Shown: positions 8,198 through 16,673 of the stretch, piece after piece
Layout: every line of letters begins with the position of its first letter
Position numbering within the stretch: the first letter of the stretch is position 1
Source: Candidatus Hydrogenedentota bacterium
Lineage (GTDB): Bacteria; Hydrogenedentota; Hydrogenedentia; Hydrogenedentales; SLHB01
Assembly: GCA_034408725.1 (NCBI GenBank)
Contig: JAWXCN010000232.1
Coordinates: forward strand, 1-19,322
Reading direction: 5' to 3'
DNA: 19,322 bases
Position numbers and translations under genes: made by a program
Notes under the pieces: model-generated
Database searches by the model: none
Told to the model about the DNA's origin: nothing
What the model saw: the letters and a program-made list of their open reading frames with translations, nothing else

Positions 8198-8650
8198 TTA
8201 TTTCCCTGTATGCCCAAAGCCACCTTCACCGCGGGTGGTTTGCGTGAGGTTCTGTTCGACGGCCCATTCAACCTTGGTGACTGGGGCGACAATCATCTGG
8301 GCGATGCGGTCGCCCCGATTGATGGTAAAAGGTTCCTGGCCAAGATTGGCGACAATGACGCGAATCTCGCCGCGGTAATCCGCATCGATGGTGCCCGGCG
8401 AATTCAGCAGCGAAATGCCGTGCTTAATCGCGAGGCCGCTGCGCGGCCGGACCTGTGCCTCGAAGCCTTCCGGCAAGGCGATTCGCAGGCCCGTCGGCAC
8501 GAGCGAACGTTCGCCCGGCTGGAGTGTGCACGGGTCAGTCACCGCCGCGCGCAAGTCCATGCCTGCTGCATGTTCGGTCTCATACACCGGCAAGGGCAAG
8601 TCATCAGTCCCTGGCTCGCGCATGATTTGCACCTGCACAACGCGGCTCAC
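8198..8650 (-). CDS. dut: dUTP diphosphatase (trimeric dUTPase)
   Basis: GTG start at 8650 in a GTGA overlap with the M16 stop, GGAG RBS, 150 aa; all five motifs: [39 protein letters not shown]. Confidence 0.96.
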   Translation of the reverse strand: MSRVVQVQIMREPGTDDLPLPVYETEHAAGMDLRAAVTDPCTLQPGERSLVPTGLRIALPEGFEAQVRPRSGLAIKHGISLLNSPGTIDADYRGEIRVIVANLGQEPFTINRGDRIAQMIVAPVTKVEWAVEQNLTQTTRGEGGFGHTGK

Positions 8651-9918
8651 AGCGGCACTCCGTCGAGCGCCACGCCATCGATTGGCCCGAGTGAGACCAG
8701 CGCGCATTGGTCCGGGGTGTAGCGGTCCTCGGCGAGCTGTCGAATCTGTTCGGCGGTGACGGATTCGATTCCCGTGATGATTTCATCCGCGGAGATGATG
8801 CGGCCATGGTACATGTATGATTTTGCCATGCGCGTCATACGGTTGAAGGTGCTCTCGAGCGCCATCAGCACGCTGCCCTTGAGTTGTTCGCGGTTGAGTT
8901 CAAGCTCTTCCTGGGGGATCGGCTCATCGCGCAGCTTGCGAATTTCCGCAAACGCGAGTTCGTACGTCTTCTTCAGGTTTTCCGGCGCAACCGCGGCGTA
9001 CACGCCCATCGCGCCCGTACGCCAGAACGTGGATTGGTAGCCATAGATGGAATACGCCAATCCTTCCTGCTCGCGAATGGTCTCGAACAGACGTGAGGTC
9101 GAGCCCCCGCCAAGTGCGTTCGACAGCATGTTGTACACAAAGCGGCGGGCATCGTGAACGCCCGGACCCGGAAACGCGAAACACAAATGGTTTTGCGTAA
9201 TGTCGCTGTCGACCTGCTGAACGCTCGCGGTAAACGCGGGCGCGCCTACCGGCTGTTCGGGCCTTCCGGCGGCCAGTGCATCAAAAACCCGCTCGATCTG
9301 TGCGAGCACGGCGGGCGCGTCAAACGCGCCTGCCACCGACACGATAAGGTTGTCCGCGCGATACCAATGTTGGTAATACGCGCGCGCGTCTTCCAAAGAC
9401 ATCGCCGTCATCGATTCTTTGGTGCCGGTGATGGGCATGCCCAGCGCGTGGTCCGGCCAGACATTTTTCGTCAATACGTCGTGGACATGGTCTTCGGGCA
9501 CGTCGTCGATACTTGCGATCTCTTCCAGGATGACGTTGCGTTCCTTTTCGAAATCCAGAAGTTGGGAATCCTTCACAATGTCCGCGAGAATTTCGATTCC
9601 TGTATCAACGTGCTCGCCCAGCATCTTCGCATACAGACAGGTGTAGTCGCGCGACGTGAATGCATTGAGGTGGCCGCCTTTGGATTCAATGCTCTCCATC
9701 AACTGACGCGCAGTGCGCGTAGCAGTGCCTTTGAAAAAAAGATGTTCCAGAAAATGAGATATGCCCGCCTGCGAGGCCGTTTCGTTGCCTGATCCCGCGG
9801 CAATCCAAACGCCTACGGATGCCGTGCGCAGATAGGGCAACGGTTCGAGCAGAACGGTAAGACCGTTCGCGAGCCGGTGTATCGAAGAAGTATCGAGTGT
9901 AATTGACGGTGATGACAT
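8647..9918 (-). CDS. M16 (pitrilysin / MPP-like) zinc metallopeptidase
   Basis: 423 aa; inverted zinc motif HFLEH in [59 protein letters not shown]; usual position downstream of pnp. Confidence 0.93.
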   Translation of the reverse strand: MSSPSITLDTSSIHRLANGLTVLLEPLPYLRTASVGVWIAAGSGNETASQAGISHFLEHLFFKGTATRTARQLMESIESKGGHLNAFTSRDYTCLYAKMLGEHVDTGIEILADIVKDSQLLDFEKERNVILEEIASIDDVPEDHVHDVLTKNVWPDHALGMPITGTKESMTAMSLEDARAYYQHWYRADNLIVSVAGAFDAPAVLAQIERVFDALAAGRPEQPVGAPAFTASVQQVDSDITQNHLCFAFPGPGVHDARRFVYNMLSNALGGGSTSRLFETIREQEGLAYSIYGYQSTFWRTGAMGVYAAVAPENLKKTYELAFAEIRKLRDEPIPQEELELNREQLKGSVLMALESTFNRMTRMAKSYMYHGRIISADEIITGIESVTAEQIRQLAEDRYTPDQCALVSLGPIDGVALDGVPL

Positions 9919-9994
9919 AGGAAACGTGTACCTGCACTCTATTCCGGACGAAGTTTGGTTGCATCTTTCCGGACGGAATGGATTGGCTATAATT

Positions 9995-10026
9995 CACACG
10001 GCGCCGGGTTGCCCCAGCGCCGTGTG
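9995..10026 (-). terminator. Strong hairpin after pnp (terminator or processing site)
   Basis: Minus strand CACACGGCGC-TGGG-GCAA-CCCG-GCGCCGTGTG: 14-bp stem with one G-U pair and a GCAA GNRA tetraloop, 13 nt after the pnp stop; followed by AATTAT rather than a U-run. Confidence 0.6.
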
Positions 10027-10039
10027 TGTCGATTAAGTT

Positions 10040-12298
10040 CTAGTAGCGTCCGCGCCCGCCACCGCCGCCGGGGCGACCGCCACGGTCTCCACCTCCACGG
10101 CCGCCACGGTCGCCGCCGCGTCCGCCGCCACCACGATCGCCGCGGTCTTCGCGCGGGCGCCGCTGCGCCCAGTCCTCATCGCTGATGAGTCCGAGATCGC
10201 GGTCCGCCTCGACCTTTGAAAGATTGACGCGGCCCATTTTGTCGATCTCGATCACTTTCACGTTCACGTCGTCGCCGATATCGATCACGTCCGTGACTTC
10301 CTTGACGTGACCTACGGCGAGTTCGGAGACGTGTACGAGGCCTTCCTTGCCGCCCATGACCGCGACAAATGCGCCGAATGGCATGATACGCGTGACCTTG
10401 CCAGCATACACCTGGCCAACCACCGGCTCCGCCGTGATGCTTTGAATCCAGTTGATCGCCGCCTGCGCGGACTCCTGATCGACCGCGGCAACATTGACCG
10501 TGCCGTCGTCCTGAATTTCGATTTCCGCGCCGGAAGTGCGCTGGATTTCGCGGATGACTTTTCCGCCCGGTCCGATGACCTCACGGATTTTGTCAACCGG
10601 TATATGAATGGTAATGATTCTGGGCGCGTGCGGTGACATTTCCTTGCGCGATTCCGCGAGACATTCGCGCATCTTCTCAAGAATGTGCAGGCGGCCATCG
10701 CGCGCCTGGTGCAACGCTTTCGACATGACCTCGCGCGGCACTCCCATCACCTTGCAGTCCATCTGGAACGCGGTAATGCCGTTTGCGGTGCCGCACACCT
10801 TGAAGTCCATGTCGCCGAGATGGTCTTCCGCGCCAAGGATGTCGCTCAACACGGCGACGCGATCGCCTTCCTTGATCATTCCCATCGCGATGCCCGCGAC
10901 CGGCGCTTTGACGGGCACGCCGGCATCCATGAGCGCGAGCGTCGCGCCGCAAGCAGAGGCCATCGAACTGGAACCGTTGCTCTCGGTAATGTCGGATACC
11001 ACGCGGATGGTGTACGGGAACGCCGTTTCGTTTTCGCCGTCGACCGGGATCATGCCTTCGACCGCGCGTTCCGCCAGTTTGCCGTGGCCGATTTCACGCC
11101 GGCCTGGACCGGCGATGCGGCGGACTTCGCCGACAGACCAGCTCGGGAAGTTGTAATGCAGCATGAACCGCTTGAACTCTTCGCCGGACAACTCGTCCGT
11201 GCGCTGTTCGTCGCGGCTTGTGCCCAGCGTCGCGGTAACGATGGCCTGCGTTTCTCCGCGCGTGAAGAGGCATGAACCATGCACGCGCGGTAGAATGCCG
11301 ACTTCTATTGTGATTGGGCGGACCGTGGTCGTATCGCGGCCATCCAGGCGAACACCTTCAGTGAGGACCTGCTCGCGCATCGTTTTTTTCTCGATGGAAC
11401 TGAACACGCCGGCGATATGTTCTTCGCGTTGGATATAGACTTCTTCGCCGTACTTGGCCTTGAGGCCGTCGAGCACTTCCTTCTTTAGGGCGGCCAGACC
11501 GGTTGCCCGCTCCTGCTTCTGCTGCGGGGCCAGCAAGGCCTTGAGTTTCGACAGGGCGATACCCGCTACGTCGGAGATCAGCGATTCATCCTGTTCGGGT
11601 GCGGAGAACTCCATTTTTTCGATGCCGACGCGCGCGCGGAAGTCTTCAATCGCGGCGCAGATCTGCTTGACGTAGCCGTGGCCGAATTCGAGGGCTTCGA
11701 GCATCTTCTCTTCCGGGAGCTGCTTGGCTGCGCCTTCCACCATCGTGATGGCGTCCTTCGTGCCCGCGATGATGAGATCGAGTTCGCTCTCAGGCATGGT
11801 GGACATCTGCGGGTTCACCACGAGTTCGCCATCGATCAGGGCGACACGCACCGCGCCGATCGGACCTTCAAACGGCACCTTGGAAATGTGCAACGACGCG
11901 GACGCGCCGATGATGCTGAGCACGTCGGGATTGTTCTCGTTGTCGGTCGAGAAGACCGTGGAGAACACCTGGACTTCATTGTAGAAACCTTTGGGGAACA
12001 GGGGACGCAGAGGGCGGTCAGTGAGACGGCACACGAGCACTTCGCGCTCGCTGGGCCGTCCTTCACGGCGGAAAAAGTTTCCGGGGATGCGGCCGGCCGC
12101 GAAACTTTTTTCGCGGTAGTCGACCGTGAGCGGGAAGAAACCCTGCCCTTCTCTGAGTTCGGTTGCGACGCAAATTGCGGACAGCACCATCGTTTCACCG
12201 CAGGTGACGAGGACGGCGCCTTGCGCCTGTTTTGCGATTCTGCCGGTCTCCAGGATAATTTCCGTGGAACCGACCGGGATGGAGAGACGTTCTACCAT
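10040..12298 (-). CDS. pnp: Polyribonucleotide nucleotidyltransferase (PNPase)
   Basis: Start moved to ATG 12298 (MVERLSI..., GGAG upstream), 752 aa. FFPLTVDYREK, GRIPGNFFRREGRPSE, RLDGR, HYNFP, RREIGHG, SNGSSSMAS, GDMDFKV, KH domain (IGPGGK), S1 domain, RGG-rich tail; lies downstream of rpsO. Confidence 0.98.
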   Translation of the reverse strand: MVERLSIPVGSTEIILETGRIAKQAQGAVLVTCGETMVLSAICVATELREGQGFFPLTVDYREKSFAAGRIPGNFFRREGRPSEREVLVCRLTDRPLRPLFPKGFYNEVQVFSTVFSTDNENNPDVLSIIGASASLHISKVPFEGPIGAVRVALIDGELVVNPQMSTMPESELDLIIAGTKDAITMVEGAAKQLPEEKMLEALEFGHGYVKQICAAIEDFRARVGIEKMEFSAPEQDESLISDVAGIALSKLKALLAPQQKQERATGLAALKKEVLDGLKAKYGEEVYIQREEHIAGVFSSIEKKTMREQVLTEGVRLDGRDTTTVRPITIEVGILPRVHGSCLFTRGETQAIVTATLGTSRDEQRTDELSGEEFKRFMLHYNFPSWSVGEVRRIAGPGRREIGHGKLAERAVEGMIPVDGENETAFPYTIRVVSDITESNGSSSMASACGATLALMDAGVPVKAPVAGIAMGMIKEGDRVAVLSDILGAEDHLGDMDFKVCGTANGITAFQMDCKVMGVPREVMSKALHQARDGRLHILEKMRECLAESRKEMSPHAPRIITIHIPVDKIREVIGPGGKVIREIQRTSGAEIEIQDDGTVNVAAVDQESAQAAINWIQSITAEPVVGQVYAGKVTRIMPFGAFVAVMGGKEGLVHVSELAVGHVKEVTDVIDIGDDVNVKVIEIDKMGRVNLSKVEADRDLGLISDEDWAQRRPREDRGDRGGGGRGGDRGGRGGGDRGGRPGGGGGRGRY

Positions 12299-12327
12299 AC
12301 TGTGTTCTTTTCTCCGTTTTGGATGTG

Positions 12328-12353
12328 GTGGAACGCCTCCCAGAGCGCTCCAC
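12328..12353 (-). promoter_or_regulatory. Hairpin in the pnp leader
   Basis: Minus strand GTGGAGCGC...GCGTTCCAC stem (the G-U pair works on the transcribed strand), about 30 nt upstream of the pnp ATG. Confidence 0.4.
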
Positions 12354-12391
12354 GTTTCTTTATTTCTACTGTTCGTTATAGCTTGTGTTGA

Positions 12392-12422
12392 GATCGGACG
12401 GACCTGCGCGATCCGTCCGATC
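12392..12422 (-). terminator. Perfect 11-bp hairpin just after rpsO (terminator or processing site)
   Basis: GATCGGACGGA (12392-12402) / TCCGTCCGATC (12412-12422), 9-nt loop, 8 nt after the rpsO stop; no U-tract on the minus strand. Confidence 0.55.
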
Positions 12423-12430
12423 AAAGTCGG

Positions 12431-12703
12431 TTACTTGCGCAGACCCAGGCTCTTCACCAGCGCGCGGTATCGTTCGACGTTCTGCTCGCGCACGTAGTTC
12501 AGAAGATTGCGGCGGCGGCCCACCAACTTGAGCAGTCCCCGGCGGCCCGCGAAATCCTTCGCGTGCGTCTTGAAATGCTCCGTGAGGTCATTAATGCGCG
12601 CAGTGAGCAACGCAATCTGCACCTCCGCCGACCCAGTGTCGCTCTCGTGCTTCGCATTCGTCTTGATAATTTCGGTCTTACGTTCTTTGTTCAGCGTCGA
12701 CAT
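12431..12703 (-). CDS. rpsO: 30S ribosomal protein S15
   Basis: 90 aa; [54 protein letters not shown]. Confidence 0.98.
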   Translation of the reverse strand: MSTLNKERKTEIIKTNAKHESDTGSAEVQIALLTARINDLTEHFKTHAKDFAGRRGLLKLVGRRRNLLNYVREQNVERYRALVKSLGLRK

Positions 12704-12719
12704 GGTTCACCATTCCTTT

Positions 12720-12775
12720 CGTTCGCCCGGGCCCAGTAGCGGCATCGGTGAGGTTGCTCGACCGAGCGCCGGGTA
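12720..12775 (-). promoter_or_regulatory. Candidate structured rpsO 5' leader (possible S15 autoregulatory RNA)
   Basis: Minus-strand bulged stem CGGCG-C-TCGGT-C-GAG-CAAC-CTC-ACCGA-TGCCG (12771-12740) just upstream of the RBS; S15 autoregulation through structured leaders is known in several phyla. Confidence 0.4.
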
Positions 12776-12785
12776 CATACTGCCC

Positions 12786-12808
12786 ATCGCGGAAACCACT
12801 TCCGCGAT
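12786..12808. repeat. Perfect 9-bp inverted repeat
   Basis: ATCGCGGAA-ACCAC-TTCCGCGAT. Confidence 0.5.
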
Positions 12809-12840
12809 CCCAACTCGTAATCGTAATCGATCTTCGTACA

Positions 12841-12870
12841 CTCGTTCCCAAGTTTCGACTTGGGAACGCG
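12841..12870. repeat. REP-like palindrome
   Basis: CT-CGTTCCCAAGT-TTCG-ACTTGGGAACG-CG: perfect 11-bp stem; resembles, from memory and not searched, CTCGTTCCCA...TGGGAACG intergenic repeats. Confidence 0.6.
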
Positions 12871-12903
12871 ATCCCATGTTCGTGCTCAAAAACCTTATTA
12901 ACT

Positions 12904-14106
12904 CTACTTATCCGTAAGCGCGGCCAAACCCGGCAGCACTTTCCCTTCCAACATTTCCAGCGACGCGCCGCCGCCGGTGGAGACGTGCGACATTTTATCA
13001 GCCAACCCGTACTGCACAATCGCGGCCGCAGTATCGCCGCCGCCGATCACGCTGATGATGCCGGGCGCACTCGCCAGCAAGTCCGCGATTGCGCGCGTGC
13101 CTTTGCCGAACTTCTCAAACTCGAACACGCCCAACGGACCGTTCCACACGACCGTCTTGGATTTCTTTACCGTGTCACTGAACAATTCGATCGTCTTCGG
13201 GCCGATGTCCAGGCCTTCCCATTCTGCGGGAATCTCACCCAGCCCGACGATCTTTGTATTTGCATCGTTCGAGAACGCATCTGCCACAACCGTGTCAATC
13301 GGGAGCAACAATGCGACGCCTTTTTCTTTCGCTTTCGACATGACGTCCCTGGCAGTGTCGAGGCCGCCGGCGTCCAGCAACGAATTGCCGATCTCGTAGC
13401 CCTGCGCTTTCATAAAGGTATACGCCATGCCGCCGCCGATGATCAGCGTATCGACCAGATTCAACAAATTGTCGATGACCGTAATCTTGTCGGACACTTT
13501 CGCGCCGCCGAGAATGGCGGTCAGCGGGCGATCAGGATTGTTCAGGACCTTCGTAAAATACTGCATTTCCTTCGCGACGAGAAATCCCGCGGCGCTCTGC
13601 TGCATGAACTTGCACACACCCTCGGTGGACGCATGCGCGCGATGCACACTCCCGAACGCATCGCTGACGTAGACGTCGCCAAGCGCGGAAAGTTGCTTCG
13701 ATAATGTTTCGTCGTTTTTCGTCTCACCCTTGTGAAAGCGCGTGTTCTCCAGCACGACAATATCGCCGGGCCGCATCGCATTCACCGCGGCTTCCACTTC
13801 CGGTCCAACGATGTCGTTCACCTTCGTGACGTTTCCGCCAACGAGTTCTTTCAACCGCGCCGCAATGGGGTCCATCTTCAGCAGCGCGTTCTTCGCGATG
13901 ATCTCCGGTTTTTCCGGCCGGCCAAGGTGCGACATCAGAATCAGCTTGCCGCCGTTTTCACGCACGTAGTTGATGCTCTGAAGCGCCGCGCGAATCCGCG
14001 TGTCGTCCCGCACCGATCCGTCCTTGTTTTGCGGCACATTGAAATCGACCCGCATCAGGACGCGCTTGCCCTTCAGGTCGAGATCTTCAATAGTGAGTTT
14101 GTTCAT
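12904..14106 (-). CDS. pgk: Phosphoglycerate kinase
   Basis: Start at ATG 14106 ([25 protein letters not shown]), 400 aa; [61 protein letters not shown]. Confidence 0.98.
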   Translation of the reverse strand: MNKLTIEDLDLKGKRVLMRVDFNVPQNKDGSVRDDTRIRAALQSINYVRENGGKLILMSHLGRPEKPEIIAKNALLKMDPIAARLKELVGGNVTKVNDIVGPEVEAAVNAMRPGDIVVLENTRFHKGETKNDETLSKQLSALGDVYVSDAFGSVHRAHASTEGVCKFMQQSAAGFLVAKEMQYFTKVLNNPDRPLTAILGGAKVSDKITVIDNLLNLVDTLIIGGGMAYTFMKAQGYEIGNSLLDAGGLDTARDVMSKAKEKGVALLLPIDTVVADAFSNDANTKIVGLGEIPAEWEGLDIGPKTIELFSDTVKKSKTVVWNGPLGVFEFEKFGKGTRAIADLLASAPGIISVIGGGDTAAAIVQYGLADKMSHVSTGGGASLEMLEGKVLPGLAALTDK

Positions 14107-14118
14107 AAATTTTATTCT

Positions 14119-14197
14119 AACCACGGAGACACGGAGATCACGGAGGAATCAAGAAAGCGTTCAGAAAAATCTCCGTGTTCTCCGTGTCTCCGTGGTT
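14119..14197. repeat. 79-bp palindromic miniature element with internally repetitive arms
   Basis: 27-bp arms AACCACGGAGACACGGAGATCACGGAG (14119-14145) and CTCCGTGTTCTCCGTGTCTCCGTGGTT (14171-14197), one mismatch; each arm has three CACGGAG units; 25-nt A-rich spacer. Confidence 0.85.
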
Positions 14198-14205
14198 GTA
14201 ATGCT

Positions 14206-15204
14206 TTACGCCTTCATTTTCTTGAGCAAATCGACGCAACGGTTCGAGTAACCCCACTCGTTGTCGTACCACGACACGACCTTCGCGAAGTTGCCGTCCA
14301 TGACGTTCGTGAGTTTCGAATCGATGATGCTCGAGAACGGATTGCCGATGACGTCGCTCGACACGATCGGGTCTTCGCAATACTGCATGATGCCTTTCAA
14401 GTTTCCGTCCGCGGCTTTCTTGAACGCGGCATTGATCTCGTCGCGTGTCGTGGACTTGTTCAGCTCGACCACCAGGTCCGTCACCGAGCCGTCCGGCACG
14501 GGAACGCGCATCGCGATGCCATCGAGCTTGCCTTTCAACTCGGGCAACACTTCGCCGACCGCGCGGGCCGCGCCCGTCGTTGTGGGAATGATGTTCACCG
14601 CGGCGGCACGGGTGCGGCGCAGATCGCTGTGCGGCATGTCGAGCACGCTCTGATCATTGGTGTACGCGTGGATGGTGGTCATCCAGCCGCGCTTGATGCC
14701 GAAATTTTCGTGCAACACTTTCGCCATCGGCGCAAGACAGTTCGTCGTGCAGCTCGCGTTGGAAACGACCTGGTCCGTTGGCTTCAACGTGTCGTCGTTC
14801 ACGCCCATCACGATCACCGCGTCAATCGCGTCCTTCGGCGGTACCGTTAGCAACACCTTCTTCGCGCCCGCCTTGATGTGCAGCATGCACTTCTCTTTTG
14901 TCGTGAACACCCCGGTCGATTCAACCACCAACTCGACGCCAATCTGGCCCCAGGGCAGGTTCGACGGGTCCTTTTCCTTGTACACCTTCACGGGATTACC
15001 GTTCACGACGATCGAGTCGTCCGTCGAAGTGACCGTGCCTTTGAACACGCCGTTCGTGCTGTCGTATTTGAGCAAGTGCGCGAGCGTCTTGGGATCGGTG
15101 AGGTCATTGATCGCCTCGACGTCGAACTCCGGATGCTCGAGCAACAGTTTGAACACATTACGGCCGATGCGGCCGAACCCATTGATACCAACTTTGGTAG
15201 CCAT
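14206..15204 (-). CDS. gap: Type I glyceraldehyde-3-phosphate dehydrogenase
   Basis: 332 aa; [22 protein letters not shown], catalytic [38 protein letters not shown]; lies upstream of pgk. Confidence 0.98.
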   Translation of the reverse strand: MATKVGINGFGRIGRNVFKLLLEHPEFDVEAINDLTDPKTLAHLLKYDSTNGVFKGTVTSTDDSIVVNGNPVKVYKEKDPSNLPWGQIGVELVVESTGVFTTKEKCMLHIKAGAKKVLLTVPPKDAIDAVIVMGVNDDTLKPTDQVVSNASCTTNCLAPMAKVLHENFGIKRGWMTTIHAYTNDQSVLDMPHSDLRRTRAAAVNIIPTTTGAARAVGEVLPELKGKLDGIAMRVPVPDGSVTDLVVELNKSTTRDEINAAFKKAADGNLKGIMQYCEDPIVSSDVIGNPFSSIIDSKLTNVMDGNFAKVVSWYDNEWGYSNRCVDLLKKMKA

Positions 15205-15428
15205 AACCCCATAACCCTTTCGCTTAGTGAACTACACGGAATGGCCGCGAACCCGTGGCCGGGCAAATTCCGGAACCATACGCACCAATAAGAACCATCA
15301 GGAGGTGTAAAACCGTGGGGGGCGGGGCCAGGATTTCCGGCCCGTTGGTCACCGCGCGTGTGGTGAAAATACCCATGTCTTGCGCGGGTGTCTCACGCTT
15401 TTTCGCCTCTTCATCTTATTTGGGTCAA

Positions 15429-15458
15429 ATGATGCCATACAGCGGAAAAGCAAGTCAA
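15429..15458 (-). promoter_or_regulatory. Putative promoter of the gap-pgk operon
   Basis: Minus strand TTGACT (15458-15453), 18-bp spacer ending TGG, then CATCAT (15434-15429) as an extended -10-like box; would give a leader of about 220 nt. Confidence 0.4.
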
Positions 15459-15548
15459 ACGGAAGGTTGCATGGTTTTGGCGAGGGAACACAGTCCAGCA
15501 GCACTCAAAGGACCGAAGGAAGTTCGTTGCACAGATTTTCATTGATCG

Positions 15549-15572
15549 GTCCACTTGGTCCACAACGTCCAC
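15549..15572. repeat. Three GTCCAC units at 9-bp period
   Basis: GTCCAC-TTG-GTCCAC-AAC-GTCCAC, with units at 15549, 15558 and 15567. Confidence 0.6.
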
Positions 15573-15647
15573 GTCTCATCGTTCAATTCAGCGATTCCAT
15601 TCCATTTTCACAACACTCCAAGACACTGCATAGAAAAGACTTACGAC

Positions 15648-16550
15648 TCAAACGTACTTTTTGAACCATTCCACTGCTCGCAAGAGGGCTTTGCTCTCAG
15701 GCGTATCGTTCATTGCGGGCCAGTTCTTCAATTTCACTTTGCCGTCGAACCCGTGAGGGCCGCCGTCAATGGTGATCAGTTCGTGCGTAACCCCTTGCCG
15801 TTGCAGGGCCGAAGCCATGTCCACCGACCGCTCATATGGCACATCGGTATCCGCGTTGCCGTGCAGCAAAAGTGTAGGGGGGTATTCCGGTGTTACGTTG
15901 CGTTCGGGCGAAAAAGGCGTAAATGCTGCGTCCTCGGTCTTTGGATCGAACCCGGCGATTTCCTTCGGCCATAGTCCATTCTGCCGGCACCACAAATAAA
16001 ACCGGAAGCGGTCCGGCCCGCCAGGAATTTGCTCGGAAACGGGGTGGGCGCCGATCACACTGCGCGCTTCTTCCTCCGTCACGAGCGGGCTCTTGAGATA
16101 GTGGGCATCCGGCGCGCTATACCACGGTCCGGTAATATCGCCATAGCCATAGAGCGAAACCAGCGCCCTGGGTCGTGGCGCTACCGCAAATCCTGTCATG
16201 AGCGTGAGATACCCACCGGCAGACCCTCCAATGACGCCGAAACGGTTCGGGTCCACACTGCACTGCCTGGGGAAATCCTCCGTCACCCAGCGAAAAGCCT
16301 CTCGCACGTCGCCGATGATGTCAGGCAACTTCGTTTCCGGGGCCAGGCGATAGTCAATCGAGACTTGCGCGAACCCCGCGTCCGCGAGCAGCGCGCGCAC
16401 AACGGCCTGCATCGAGTTGCGCCCCCCGCCGATCAGCGCGCCGCCGTGAATCCAGATAATGATGGGTGCGGGCGATGGACCGCCGGGCCGGTAGACATCG
16501 AGTTTGACGCTGCATCCTTCGATAACACGATACGTGAACGTTTCCGGCAT
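15648..16550 (-). CDS. Alpha/beta-hydrolase, HSL-like / BD-FAE-like esterase
   Basis: 300 aa; oxyanion [15 protein letters not shown], nucleophile [17 protein letters not shown] (Asp), GGPHGF (His); GGGGAG RBS; no signal peptide. Confidence 0.92.
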   Translation of the reverse strand: MPETFTYRVIEGCSVKLDVYRPGGPSPAPIIIWIHGGALIGGGRNSMQAVVRALLADAGFAQVSIDYRLAPETKLPDIIGDVREAFRWVTEDFPRQCSVDPNRFGVIGGSAGGYLTLMTGFAVAPRPRALVSLYGYGDITGPWYSAPDAHYLKSPLVTEEEARSVIGAHPVSEQIPGGPDRFRFYLWCRQNGLWPKEIAGFDPKTEDAAFTPFSPERNVTPEYPPTLLLHGNADTDVPYERSVDMASALQRQGVTHELITIDGGPHGFDGKVKLKNWPAMNDTPESKALLRAVEWFKKYV

Positions 16551-16591
16551 GGCAGACTCCCCGAAGGCTCCACCGTATCAGCCCGCGAAAC

Positions 16592-16622
16592 GGTTGCACA
16601 ACCTGCGGGAATCCCGCACAAT
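16592..16622 (+). promoter_or_regulatory. Putative sigma70 promoter overlapped by two palindromes (candidate operator)
   Basis: TTGCAC (16594-16599), 17-bp spacer, CACAAT (16617-16622); palindromes GGTTG-CA-CAACC (16592-16603) and TGCGGGA-A-TCCCGCA (16604-16618). Confidence 0.5.
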
Positions 16623-16673
16623 CGACACTTCGTCATTCATCTGGGCCGGATTACTACTGAGGAGGGCTGCGTC

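Noticed and set aside
9942..9975. TTCCGGACG direct repeat upstream of the M16 peptidase
   Set aside because: Only two 9-bp copies with no other support; may be chance.
14119..14197. Possible CRISPR mini-array or integron attC site
   Set aside because: The units are 8-9-bp tandem repeats in inverted arms with no unique spacers; no cas or integrase gene, and no convincing attC box architecture or cassette context.
13732..14850. 372-aa + strand ORF spanning pgk, the repeat and gap
   Set aside because: Antisense shadow of two conserved genes with biased codon usage; no recognisable motifs.
15224..15376. 50-codon minus-strand uORF (MGIFTTRAVTNGPE...RVVH) ending shortly before the gap RBS
   Set aside because: No SD, no recognisable similarity, and a length expected by chance; cannot be supported without ribosome profiling.
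15255..15664. Short + strand ORFs in the gap-esterase spacer (96 aa, 94 aa)
   Set aside because: They run through micro-repeats and the putative promoter, with no RBS or protein-like features.
16029..16673. 215-aa N-terminal extension of the 721-aa ORF in the track
   Set aside because: It overlaps the alpha/beta hydrolase antisense; the strong RBS and promoter-like motif point to ATG 16674.
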